The notes below the pieces were generated by a model, which searched no databases, was not told where the DNA came from, and saw only the letters and a list, made by a program, of their open reading frames with translations. Source: Gnetum montanum (taxonomy: Eukaryota; Plantae; Gnetophyta). From it: a DNA stretch of 64,000 nt. This document shows, piece by piece, positions 14,331-26,599 of this stretch (position 1 is its first letter; every line of letters begins with the position of its first letter). The stretch spans positions 240,710 to 304,709 of the forward strand of contig MNCI01001186.1 of assembly GCA_015680685.1 (NCBI GenBank). The letters are read 5' to 3'. A program made the position numbers and the translations under genes.

Positions 14331-14899
14331 CGTTAAGCTATGTACAAAAATAATGTTGTAAAAGGAATCTTGAAATTGGTCTGATAGATCTAAAGGGTCT
14401 TAGTGAATTAAATAAAAATTTAGTTTTAGATTTATATAAATATAATAAGTGTATAACTATATAAATGTAACATGCTGTGAATAAATTCCTTGATTTTATT
14501 GGTACCAATATATGCTATACATGTCACTAACTCAAAATATTGTAGTATTCTATATATCATCATCTTTGCAATTCTATGCTTGTTTTTAATGTAAAAACCT
14601 ATAATTTTTTAATGAAATATTATATTTTTTTCTAATAAGGAATTAGCATTTTTATTGTTTAAAATTTTACAATCAAATTTTTTTAGAAACTTGTGCCAAT
14701 TATTAAAAATATTCAATAAAAATTAGAAAGTTATTGTTGGCACATTTTGGCCATTTCATGGAACAGGATTAGATGATTTAGAACATTATTGTAAAGCACA
14801 ATGAGCTGAAAGACCTGTGCACTAGTGATAAAAAATTGAAGGAGAAGCACGTAACTGAGGAACCTGTGGCACTCCTCCATTTCTAACCACTAATTCGAA

Positions 14900-15349
14900 T
14901 TGGGTAATCATGGGCACTGTTGCAGCCAGAAAAAAAAACCCTACAACACTTGGGACATCTAATTTCTGGATTGCTCATGATCATTAACTATGTGTCATCA
15001 TCGGATGAATCCCAATTCATCGAGTCAGTGGGGCATAGGCACAGATTACATGGGTTTGTAGTCTTGCTTTCTTACTTCATTTTTGGAACCTGCACACCAA
15101 TTCCTTATGGTCTATCATTCTAAAAGAGCCATAAGATTCTCAAAAAGTTCATTCTGAGAAGTGGATTATCTTTGATAGCGATCATATTTCTTACTCTGAG
15201 CAAAGCTCGAGTTAGCGGGAGATCGTACATTCGGACCCTTGTTCTGTACCTAGTCACTCGCTTTTGGGCTTCCATTGCAATTTGCAAGCTTCCTTGCAGG
15301 AGAATATATTAAAAAACTATTACAGAAATGGGGCATCAAGCTGGACTAG
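14900..15349 (+). pseudogene. Captured C-terminal fragment of a membrane-protein-of-ER-body-like (MEB-like, VIT1/CCC1 family) gene
   Basis: LGTSN/LISGLLMII...HGFVVLLSYFIFGTCTPIPYGLSF*KS...LSLIAIIFLTLSKARV...SYIRTLVLYL...(frameshift)FASFLAGEYIKKLLQKWG matches the recalled MEBL pattern [78 protein letters not shown]. Confidence 0.75.
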
Positions 15350-15759
15350 AATTTTTGATTTTTACATTTCTGCCACATTCTAAAATCCACATTAGTGTCG
15401 CTGATGGAAGAGGCAGAAAAATGCAATGAAGCAAATGGAGGAAGATGATGTTTCCATTATACCAGGGGTTTAACAACAGTGTGGGCCTCCTGTGTTTGGC
15501 CAAAGTTCCATGAAACAATCATCCTAACATATGCAGAGCTTGAAGGGATGATGAAAGCCCATTCCATCACGGAGCTATGGAGGCAACTAAAAAAAATGCT
15601 AGCATGAGAACAATGAAACAAAACAAAGATGGATAGTTGCAGTGATTCCATTTCTTCATGGGTGTTAACTATTTTGTCTGGGGGCTTCGCTGTGGGCATC
15701 ATGCTTTCTTTCATGATTGCTCCAAGAAGTTAGCGGAAAATAATGGCCACCGATGGATT

Positions 15760-16571
15760 TAACCCAGGAATCAAACACAGCCACAAACGCAGGCACAGGC
15801 ACAGGTTCAGGTTCAATCTCAGAATTAAGCTCAGGCTTAGACTCAGGTTCAGGCTCCGTCGGTCCTGCCTCCGAAACAATCAAGGTTACGTATCTTTCTG
15901 TTTCCTGCAAAATCATCTTGCGATGAGTGCTCAAGTACATGTTCCAGTTTGGGGCCGTTTTTGGACTCTTCTAAGAAAGAGGGTTGGTTCGTCAACACTC
16001 TCAATGGCACGCCAATGCAGGGGTAGGCTTTGACGTGAGGCATGTTGGAGGGATCATCTGTTGTTTCAGAGGTTCCCGATTTCCTCTTCAACTTTGATAA
16101 TCATGACTGGGATGATGCCACTACCACCACTACCAAGAACAATCCTAAATTTTCTGCTACTGCGGCGCCTACGAGGTTGAAATTTGCATAGGAAAATATG
16201 CAGTGTAATCTGCCGTCGGATGTGCATTCGGCACTGGATTCTCCGATAATGATGATGTTGGAGACGTCCTCATTTGGATCAACATCGTTGGCACCCTTGC
16301 TGGTGAATTTTCCCCCGGTTAAGGTCAAACTTGATCCTCCCCCACAACAGTAGAATCAAAACTAGAACTAAAATCAAAAAACTTGTTCTCTTCCTTCTGA
16401 TGTAGTAGCGCCTCTTTCTTCTAATGTAGCAGCGCCTACTGATCTTCGGTATCTTTTTGATGAATCTGTCTACCACCACGATGATGATGGGTTCTTCAAT
16501 GCTACCCATGATATGGGGCTTAGGTCACAAGATCCTAGATACTTTGAGGATCACTTTGAAAAATTCAAAAT
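15760..16571 (+). pseudogene. Captured fragment of a plant PB1-domain (octicosapeptide/Phox/Bem1p) protein gene
   Basis: One frame with CAR>TAR-type stops: RLRIFLFP (15883), SSLGPFLDSSKKEGWFVNTLNG, SSVVSEVPDFLFNFDN, DVHSALDSPIMMMLETSSFGSTSLAPLLVNFPPVKV. These match recalled motifs RLRLFLF, WFVDALNG, SEVPDYLFGLD, DVHSxPDSP..TSSFGSTSS.PS..NLPPIRV. Homology after ~16340 is weaker. Confidence 0.85.
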
Positions 16572-16661
16572 GATAGTATTCTAGGGCAATGCTATGAAAT
16601 GCCGGTGGGATATGTGCAGATTCCTATGGGAATTGCAGGGCCTCTATTGCTTGATGGATTC
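16572..16661 (+). pseudogene. HMGR: Captured 30-codon fragment of HMG-CoA reductase
   Basis: [30 protein letters not shown] versus the plant HMGR motif [29 protein letters not shown]. Confidence 0.9.
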
Positions 16662-16960
16662 AGTTGAGAAATATGTCTATCCAATTGTTGGTATTTGGTT
16701 TATCATTAACATGGCTTCAGCATCATTCATTTTGCTAAAATTTGTTAAGCCCATTATTTTACGTCAACATCCTTTCCTTATCCACTTTAAAAAGGGGTGT
16801 TTTTATTCACAAAGGAAAGATATTTAAGGGACTTTTGTATAGCATCCTTTGTGAAGAAGACATTTGGCTATTATCCCTCTTATTCCTATGAAAGCTGTAA
16901 CTTCCTATGATAGTTACAACTATGATATTTGTAACTAATTTTTATTTTGATTACCATGAA

Positions 16961-17230
16961 GACACTTGGCAACTAAAAAGGCCACTTGTCAACTATAGCC
17001 TTTTTGTCTCCATGGTGACCACTTGGCAACTGAATAGGCCACTTGTCAATTGAAAGGGCCACTTGGCAACTAAATGGGACACTTGTTAGCTGTGGCTTTT
17101 TTATCTCTATCGTGGTTACAACCACCCAAAATTTTTGTAACTTACCTAACTTGTTGGGCAAGTTACTTGGGAGAGAAGTTAGCTAAGATATTTTTGAATA
17201 TGTAACTACCTTTTGAACCCTATAAAAAGG
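16961..17230 (+). promoter_or_regulatory. LTR-type promoter: tandem ~20-bp (G/C)CACTTG(G/T)CAACT repeats followed by a TATA box
   Basis: About six copies of the motif at 16961-17090; CTATAAAAAGG at 17220. Confidence 0.6.
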
Positions 17231-20200
17231 CTTCAGGGGTAAGAAGAAAAAACATCATCATCACAAGGGAAACACACTTGGGGAATACTTGGGCTCTCAC
17301 TTGGAGACACACTTTGGGTCTTGGGAAGAGCATTTGTTAAGAAGAAAGTGTGAAAGATTGCTTGTAAGATGACTTGCTAAAGAAAAAATTTCAGCCTCTT
17401 TGTCATAGTCCTGTGAGTTATGCTTATTATTTTTTATTTTGTTTAAATTGTTTGGCTAGTGGTTTAGATAGTATCATCCTTGACAAGTAATTTTGGGATT
17501 TTTAGATTGCTTTTATTGTTCTTGTTGCATGATAGAAATTTCTATTAAATTTTTACCATAGAAGCACTTGTGTTTAAAAGCCTTAAGAGCATTTTAGTAG
17601 TAAATTTTATTATTGTGCAACATATAAGAACTGCTATTGATATTGTTGTAAGAGAGCCTCTGCTTGTAGTCATGCCATTGAACGATTCAATAGTCAAGAG
17701 GATTCAGAAAATCTTTGGTATTTTGATAGGACCAGAATAGCTTCTTTTTATCTTTAAAGTGAATCTCCATGGTATTTCAATCAGAAATTGTCAAGTCTTT
17801 TGAAGGTTCTATTGAATGCGATTGTTGACATCCATTATCTAGCCAAAATGGAGTCTCATACGTGATAGTTTACACAAAATTTTTTTGGTAGCATAGTAGG
17901 ATTGTCTTGAAGAAATTGCTTATTTGAGCCTTGGAAGTTTGAACAATTCATAGTTATTGAATTTGGGATAGCTTTATTGCGAAGTGTTTACTCGTATCAT
18001 TTTACCTTATTTAAATATTTGAGATCTTTACACAAATCTGCTTTCTTTTTCTCTTATCTCTAATTTCCATTGAATCTCGCTCTACTTCTAGTTTTCTTGT
18101 GAAAATTTTTCTTTCTTTGGGGAAAATTAGAAGTAGATTCGCAGAGTTATGCTCAAATGTTTTTGCAAAATTTTATTTGTTACAAGTAGGTATTATAAGG
18201 ATCGCATAGACTAGGCAATTGAACAAAATAGGAACTCTCAACAACTCACAGTACTTGGCAAAGTTGGTTGAATCTCTTTAAGATAAGTCATTTGTAGTTT
18301 ACACACAACGCAATCATTTCATATTTCACAACCACACACCACAACAACACACACACATACTCATATTAACTACTGAGTCTATTTGGAGGTATCTGGGCCT
18401 TGGTGTTTCCAGAGACCAGCAAGCACCTAAATCCTATTCGAGGACACTCGTTGGTGGTCGCGTCCCAAACGGTTGCCAACAATTATAAAGTATTTTATTC
18501 CTAAATGTTAAGGAGTTAATTTATAATGCGTTACCTAGGACATGACCCTAGGTTGACATGTCAAGCAAAGGGTCGTGTTACCATGCTTTGATCTTGGTTC
18601 CTTTTTTTTAGTGTTGTAGGACCCTTAATAACCGCCCTCTAAAGATCAGTACAATTTTTTTAATCCTCTAAAAACATGGAATTATACTTACATTAACAAC
18701 TAATAAGGATGTAACTCATAATGATGGGATGATTACAAGGCCTACATAACTTTCTCTCATTAGACTTAACAACTTGTTGATAGAATTAAACTTTATCATT
18801 TCTCATAATTCTAAGGATTGATGCAACTATTGCATATAATCTAACTTTAGTAGCACTATGACATTGTAAAAAAATAGCATTATCAAAGGTGATTGCTAAC
18901 ACTTTTCATCACCTGCGAAGCTAGAAAACATCAAACATTTGTGTGACTCACTTGTTTCAAGTTTTATTTTACAAGCAATACTAATGAATATGGTTGGATG
19001 AACTTCTAGTCCTCTGCTAGGTTTCCACTATACAAGATCATTTAATCTATAATAGGCTTTAAATGATGGCTAGTAATAAAAAATATATAGGTTTTAATAA
19101 CTTTACCCATGCAATGTAGCATTGCATTCCCACATTGAGGGTCATCTAGCTCAAAGAATCTGATCACCATTTGACCATGAGTTGGATTATCTTAGGGTTT
19201 TAAACTACACAAACAAGGCTTGGCTCAACCATCATCTTTGGATTACACTTTGATATAACCCCAAGATAGGTGACCGAGGATCATACATGAGGTGGGTACA
19301 CACTTACGAATGATGCTTGGATCATTGAAAATCTTTGGATGTTGTACAACTCAACCTTCTTGGGATTTAATGGCTCAAGATATTAAGTTCAAGTAAGCAT
19401 ATGTACAAGTAGGGTTGGATAGTTGTGCTTATCTCTACATCTAGGGAAAGGTATATGCAAAATAAATAAACAATGCAACCCATCTATTCAAGTTGTGGGG
19501 ATGAATATATTATTATTAGAATGATTAGTTAAGGATACCTAAAAATACTACATGTTTCACACAATGCACACCAATGAAATGCATCATCCACCTAATTGTT
19601 AACTATGAGTTTAGGTGAATTGCCTATCCTAGGTCCCAAAGGGCTTCTAACCATAATCCATGTAGGTTAATTCTATGGAAGGTAAATAAATATGCATGAC
19701 CACACATATTTTCTTTCTTTCTTTCTTTTGCAAAAATAAAAAAATATGATTGCTAATAAATAAATGGGGTTAGCACATTGTAGCAAAAATAAATAAACAA
19801 TATTCACTTACAAGAAGAACTCTAGCTTTCCACGATGCAATATTCCCATCATATAAATGAAAGAAGTCATGGTGCATCTCAAGTATATTTTAAATGTCAT
19901 ATAAGAACTAGCTCACATCATACAATGGAGAGAGTTACAATAGTTAGGGTTTTTTTTTCATAGGACAATTACCCAATGTTTTCCTCTATTTTCAGACATC
20001 CAAAATTGGGCAAAACAAAGTCTAAAAGTAGGGCCTAAATTTTTAGCAATCAAATCTATGTTTAAGGGAGATTGAGGGGCTTGAAAATAAATATGAGATT
20101 ATAATCTACATAGCTCAATGGAGTTGGGATTTAACAAGGTTGTGTTTTCTTGTGTTTTGTTTCTTTATTTTTTTCCTCATAGCCTAAGATGTCTTTTAAG

Positions 20201-20711
20201 CTCTACAATATCAATAATTGGGAAATAGAATCTTGGGAAAAGATTACTAGCCAATAATAATAATAATAAGAGTAACAGTCCTCCTTTTTCTTAATTTCGT
20301 AGCCTAAAACAAAGAATAGAAAATCTATAATTTTTTTTTCAAAAAAAAAAAAGAGAAACAAAAGCAAATTCTATGGGTGATGATTGCCATTTACACTTTT
20401 ACCATTATCTAAGAAATTAGAAACAGTAACTGCTAGACAATAAAAAATAGGGAAAAATGGTAGTCTCTATACTAGCATTATTAAAGAATCAAAATTCTCA
20501 TTTTATGAAGTAGAAACCAAACAAAATATTATGTGCTCTTAAGAAACAAGGAAAGGAGAAACAACAATAAAATATGATATACACTAAGTTTGAACCCTAT
20601 GATGGATTATCATGGTTTCAAACTTTAACATAGACCTATAAATATGTTTCATTCTTTGGCATGTGGTTTTTATACCTAGATGTATAACCATGATAATTTT
20701 CACTATATAAT

Positions 20712-20830
20712 AATGAGGTGTTACCTTAGTGGTATGGGTCTTGGCTTGGTAACCCCACATCATCGATTCAATTCCACTAGAATAAATCTTAGGGTATACC
20801 TATGTTTCACTTATTTCAAGTTCCAACACC
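20712..20830 (+). mobile_element. tRNA-like SINE-type repeat
   Basis: A box TAGTGGTA, B box GATTCAATTCC, and a 3' part GGGT(A/G)TACC...TTCAAGTTCCAACACCC shared with the 21137 and 21370 copies. Confidence 0.6.
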
Positions 20831-21127
20831 CAAAAATTTTCATTATGAGACTAATCAAGTTTATTTATGATTATTTATCAAGAGATATAATCATTGTAAT
20901 GGGATGTGTCCCTTAGCATCAGTGTGATAAAAAGGGTGTCTTGGACAATTTATTTACATATAAGACCTAGACATCTTTAAGTGCATCCATATGGACTATA
21001 ACCATGAGGTATCATCTATGGTTGTGCTATTTCTTTATGTTTCTTTGTATACCACTAAGTACAATTGTAGACACATAGGCCTTTATCTCTATGTCTCTTG
21101 GTTCTCATTCATTATTATCTATATAAT

Positions 21128-21293
21128 TGGCTGGAGACAATGAGATGTTAACCTAGCAATAAGACTCTTGATTTGAAAGCTCCATGTCATAGGTTTAATT
21201 CTAGTGGGTAATGCTAAGTTATAAAGTTCTAATTAGATTATATATCTTGGGGTGTACCTATATTACAATTATTTCAAAGTTCCAACACCCCTC
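21128..21293 (+). mobile_element. tRNA-like SINE-type insertion 1 in the 5' LTR
   Basis: Absent from the sister 3' LTR; flanked by CTATATAA on both sides; ends CCAACACCCCTC. Confidence 0.65.
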
Positions 21294-21369
21294 CTATATA
21301 ACTATTTGGTGATCTAACAACCATAGTTTATGTACACGATTTTATGTTATCATCATGTATTTATTCCTA

Positions 21370-21526
21370 ACAATGGGATGTTATCCTAATGTTAAGACTC
21401 TTGATTTGAAAACTCCAAGTCATGGGTTTGATTTTGGTGGACAATGTTGAGTTGTAAAGTTGTAATTGGACTATATATCTTAGGGTGTATCTTTATTACA
21501 ATTATTTTGGAATTCTAACAACCCCC
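21370..21526 (+). mobile_element. tRNA-like SINE-type insertion 2 in the 5' LTR
   Basis: Paralog of insertion 1; absent from the sister LTR; flanked by TCCTA (21365-21369, 21527-21531). Confidence 0.65.
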
Positions 21527-24500
21527 TCCTATACTTTTATCATTATGCTTAGTGTGAGTCCCTAGTTACATATCATAGTTCATATGGTTATTATCAACTA
21601 TATTTTTTTATTGCTTATTATACCAATGGTTCTTATCATATTACATGTTCATGATTTTTACAATTATTAAGTATGTTGCAATTATGTTTGATGAACTTAG
21701 ATACTCTCATCCTGAGGACCCTAATTTTTAACTTGGTATCAAAGTAAAGCTATTTCATCCATATGACCTGGTAAGGTTAGAAGCATGAAATTTGAATTAT
21801 GATAGTTATTGGTTAGTGGTTGCATTTATTATGTCATGCACGTTCAAATTCTTATTTATAGTGCAAAGAATCTACATTTTAGGGCACAACTCAACAAAAA
21901 CTCTAAACTTATGCAATTGAGTCCTTTTCTTTCTTATTTTTGCCCCAATTATGATACCAATTTAGTTGTTTTGTTGTTCATGTTGTCATCATGTTTATGC
22001 ATTACTTGGTTTTGCTATGTTTTTAGCTTACAAATTTTAAGTCTATCCTAACCACGTAAGTTTATTCAAATTTGTGGATTACACTTTATTTTTCCTACCA
22101 TTGGTCTTTAACTCATGAAGCATCATGTCATTTACAATGCATTATTTCATTTATTGTTAATCTTAGATGGTACCAAAATGCAAACATCATTTTGAGAAGT
22201 GAGGATTTATCCTCAAAAGGTTAGTGTATGAAGGGCTTGATCTCTTAAGTAGCTTCTTTATATAATTAGTTGATAACACACTATATTGTGGTCTCAAAGT
22301 TACTACAATCTCTATATTTAAAGCTTGATCAAAAAGAACCAATGGCCTACATTACACCAAAGTTTAAGGTTGTCATGTAAAAATATAAGCACACAAATGT
22401 AAAGGCTATGATTGAAGATCTCTCCAAGGAGTTTGCTACATTAGAATTATTATCATTCATTGCATTTCAATTGCCCAAGATTAACTTTGAGTTGGTTATG
22501 TTCTTCTCAAAAGCTATTATAGGGAATAGTTTGTGTATGAACATGATATATGCTAGAAGTCTTTGAAGTGGTCTTCTAGGTATTTATGGTTTTGTCTCAA
22601 AACTATGATGGTTGATGGTGAGGGAAATGTGAATAGTAACTAATACCTATTTGCTCTACATGTTAAAGGACACCATTAGGTTCAGTAAGACTAACAAATA
22701 GTCAAATGGACTATTTCTTATGACTGATTTTCATGAACCATGAAGCAACATGGCACAAATAATCTCTACTTATATTATTTAGCAAGATAGGAAAATTGAT
22801 ACAACCTATAGGGTCATCAATTTGTTGCATTTGTACATGTAGTTAGACAATGAAATAAATTAGTTTAAAATTTTAAAGATGGAAATAAAGCAAAAAATGT
22901 TGTGCTATTATTTTTCTAATAATTCATATGTCTATTATTTGTCTAGGTATATATTTGTCATTTCCCATATTGAGCTATTTGTGGTTGAGACCCTTGCAAG
23001 AATAAGGGATACTCAAGCCATTGATAATCTATACATCATAAAAATTATTGGATTGGAAGACTAAGGCATGGGTGGTGAAGAAGAAGAAGTAATAAATGAA
23101 ACTATGATGGTTCTAGAGAAAACATGGTCATATCCTGAATAGATATCGTTGAAGAGTAGTACCATGAAATTAATTATGCATCACCGTATCCCAGAGACTA
23201 ATTTTCTAGAATATGAGGCCATAGTTAAGTTCTTTAACTCAATCATTAAGAAGGATATTCTAGAAAAATATACTTCTCCACCTAGAAGATCTTGACTAAG
23301 TATAGTAATGTGCACCTAAAATTCAAGGTCATGGAGAAAGTCGTGGCAAATCTATAGTGGTTTTCACAACATTCAACCATTACCTATCTTGATAATAAGG
23401 TATTCCTCTTTCTGGTCTATTCATACTACTATCCTATAGCTTATTATATAAGAAGCATGAAGGCAAAGAAGGATCTAGTTCCACCCACCGAAATACTTTG
23501 ACATCGGTGAATGAGTTAAACTAGAAACTTAAGGACTTGGAACTCCAAGGACTATCAAATAGCTCCATCAAGACACAATTTGAAGAGCATAAAAAGAGAA
23601 TTTTAGAATTATTGGAGAAGGGAAAGCAAGCCAAGAATGAGCTACTACTATTGAAGAAATCCAAGCATCTTCCACCTACCACAGTTAATGTTGTATGATT
23701 ATAGATGAAAAAAGAGAAAGTAAAAGAATTACAAGGAAATTTGGATTTCACAATCGTTGAAAAAAATAGAGATCTATCTACAAAGAAGTTTTTAGCACAA
23801 AGTATTGACACTATGAAGCAAAATTTTGATACAGAATTTAAAGCAAAGGAAAAGTTACAAAAAGTAATAGTAGAGATTCTAAAGACTTTGTAACTTAAAA
23901 ACAAGGCTCACCAACAACTTTAGCAAGTTAAATCATTTGTAGATACATCTGAAATTGTTGAGTATATAAGTTAGCTTTTGAATATAATTTTATGAAACAA
24001 TTTGGCTATTCCAAATCCTTCTTTAACCATGAACAGAAATGTACTTGAGAAAGTAACCATGACTAAATTAAAGTCCATGGTTCTTGCCTCTTCCATCCCT
24101 ACTTCCTCTTCCTTTCTTACTTTCTCTTCATCCTCTCCTCAATCTTCTCTAATCATAGTTAGCGAAGTGTCTAGGCTTCTTTCTTCTCAAATCATAAAGG
24201 AAGTTGATACTAGAGATGATCTTAACCTCTATAGATTTGATGTTGTAATTAATTTTGCGCTTACTAAATAAGTATATGATGTTTCCTAGTAGGTTATGTT
24301 TGTGACTATTTATGAAGTTTTGTGACTCTATTATATACTCTATCTCTATTAAGTAGTGTTTATTGTTCATCGTATTACTTATATCTCTAGAGAAATAATC
24401 CCTAATAAATTTTCTTATTTTAGTTCCTTCTTTCACCATTTTAAGGAACTATTGTAACTATGGAGATATAATCAAGAAAGTAAGATATACAAAGTACTAT

Positions 24501-25248
24501 AATTGTTAGTATCTGCTTATAGTTTTGATGAATAGTTTTGTTTTTTTTGAAGAAACTACACAATTTTAAGATAGTCACAATTATAAAAAATGAAATAAAA
24601 ATTTGATGAGGATCCTAAAGATGACGTTGTTGTGGCTTACCATAACCATGATATAAATAATTATGTTTCTTCAAACATCAGTGTAATATTAAAGGAAAAT
24701 AAGTTAGAATATCAAATCTTTCCTAAAATTTGTCATACTATATATGATTAGATGTAAGATTTATGACCACAAAGAAGTTCTAAAATGAAAAAGTGAAGCA
24801 TTGTTATTAAATTTATTTCCACATTGATTTTGAGAGAAAGTGTTAAGAAATGAGCATTGTTATCAACCTCTACATGTGTTAATTGTAACCAGATGTATAA
24901 TCCTGATAGTTTTCACAATGAGAAATAATCAAGTTTTTTTATGATTGGTTATTAAGAAATATGAACATTGTAATGGGACATGTCCCTTAGTGTGATAAAA
25001 GAAGTGTCTTTAATATTTTATTAATAAATAAAACATCCACATCTTTGGATGTGTCCATATGGCATAGAACCATTAAGTATCCTTCTATGTTATCATGTTT
25101 CTTCATATTTTTTGTTTTCATATTTTACTAAGTACAATTGTATACATGGAGGCCTTTATATCTATGTCTATTGGTTATCATTCATTCTTGTCTATACAAC
25201 CATCTAGTGACATAATTGCCATAGTTTTCTTTCACAATTCTATGTCAT

Positions 25249-25772
25249 TGTAACATCCCGTTCCCAAATGTTGTGGAAAACATCAAATATACATTATATT
25301 AGACATTATGTGTACGAAGATAATGTGGCAAACATCAAATATGTGTAACATTCAACATTAAGTGTGAAGAAAATAATAGAGAAAGTGCAAAAGAAAAGAG
25401 ATAAAAAAAATGCTTTATTGATGTGAAATAGTGTATCTGGGTCATGCTTTGAGTGTTTCTTTAGATTATCTTCCTTCAGAATCTATCCCTTAGAGGCTAT
25501 TTAGCATTGCCCTACTTCACCTAGTACTTGTTACTCGTCTTGTATTAGCTCTACAACTCTATGCTGATATAACCTCTAATACTTAAGTATAAATACTTTA
25601 GGTTAAACCCCAAAATGCCATCTCGAGAACCATGTCCATTATTAAAATGTGCCCTTTAGGGTCTTAATTAGAACTTGCTCTTTTGATTCTTGTTACAATA
25701 ATCACATGATTAGTTATGAAGAGATATTATCTTTGTTATGTAGCAACACCATCTGGGAATGCAAAAATTATA
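25249..25772 (-). mobile_element. Solo LTR of the 32575-36861 family, nested in a 3' LTR
   Basis: Reverse complement of the LTR at 32575-33146; TSD GTCAT (25244-25248, 25773-25777). Confidence 0.85.
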
Positions 25773-26599
25773 GTCATCATGATGTATTTGTTCATATACT
25801 TTTATTATTATATTTAGTATGAGTTTCCAATTATATATCAAAATTCATATGGCTATTGTCAACTATATTTATTCATTACTCATTATAATTGTGATTCCTA
25901 TTATATTTCATGTTCACAATTTGTACATCTATCAAGTATGCTACAATTCTATTTAATGGACTTGGCTACTCTCATCCTAAGAACCTCAATCTCTAATAAT
26001 CATTTGATTAGCAATATAGCAAAACTTTGTTAGTTTATTTCTATAGTTTAGCAATAGTCAACAAATGATTATAGCGTAAATTTAAGTCAATTGTATGGAG
26101 TCTTATTCAAGTGTCTTATGCTTGGAAACCATCCATAAATAACAATAAGATAGAAATTGATTTGTATTCATTATAACACTCGAACTTGTATTAAATTTAC
26201 TTTTCTTTGGTATTTAATTTTCCATGGAATTTAGCTTAATGTTTACATTTCTTATGCATAATAACTAATTGGAAAAATGAATATGATTTGATTTTAATCA
26301 TAATGTGTATTTTTCTAGTAATCCTTATAGTAATATTGCTTGTTATGCCTAGCAACATATCACTTGATAATTCCAATGATAAATGTACTAATGTAGGATG
26401 TGATAATAGATTGGAGTTTAGACAATCATCATTCTTAGGCTAGTTTAGGATTTATTTTCATTATTTAAATTAGATTAAATAATTAATTTTTATGTTAATT
26501 AATTTAATTAATGGTTGCAACAATATCAACTATGATGTACCTTAACTATACTTAACTATGTGAGTTAAGGGTCATTATAAGCATAGTTGGGAAGATAGT

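Larger units (their letters stand above)
14735..18481 (+). mobile_element. 3.75-kb solo-LTR-like element carrying captured host gene fragments
   Basis: Termini TGTTGGCA (14735) and TGCCAACA (18481); flanks GTTAT/ATTAT, a 5-bp TSD with one transition; tandem motifs at 16961-17090 and TATAAAA at 17221; higher GC than the flanks. Confidence 0.75.
20895..25998 (+). mobile_element. Non-autonomous LTR retrotransposon with tRNA-Met PBS (LTRs 20895-21732 and 24969-25998)
   Basis: Both LTRs start TGTAATGGGA; PBS TGGTATCAAAG at 21734; perfect TSD ATCAT (20890-20894, 25999-26003); no recognisable RT or integrase inside. Confidence 0.85.

Noticed and set aside
14900-15100. Minus-strand Cys-rich reading (CPKCCRVFFSGC) resembling an IBR zinc finger
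   Set aside because: It is antisense to the much better MEBL/VIT1 match.
15743-16033. ORF with an RHRHRFR/RLRLR basic repeat, and the antisense PEPEP ORF
   Set aside because: These are alternative frames of the Gln/Ala-rich linker in the PB1 fragment; conserved motifs lie in another frame.
16789-16800. AAAAAGGGG-TGT as PPT plus LTR start, giving a 1.7-kb LTR
   Set aside because: The 8-bp terminal match and TSD at 14735 fit better; kept only as the alternative to test.
18482-20700. Possible decayed element or gene
   Set aside because: No recognisable motif, termini or sustained frame.
20712-21440. Functional tRNA genes
   Set aside because: A/B boxes are degenerate, no clean cloverleaf, and the copies share a non-tRNA tail.
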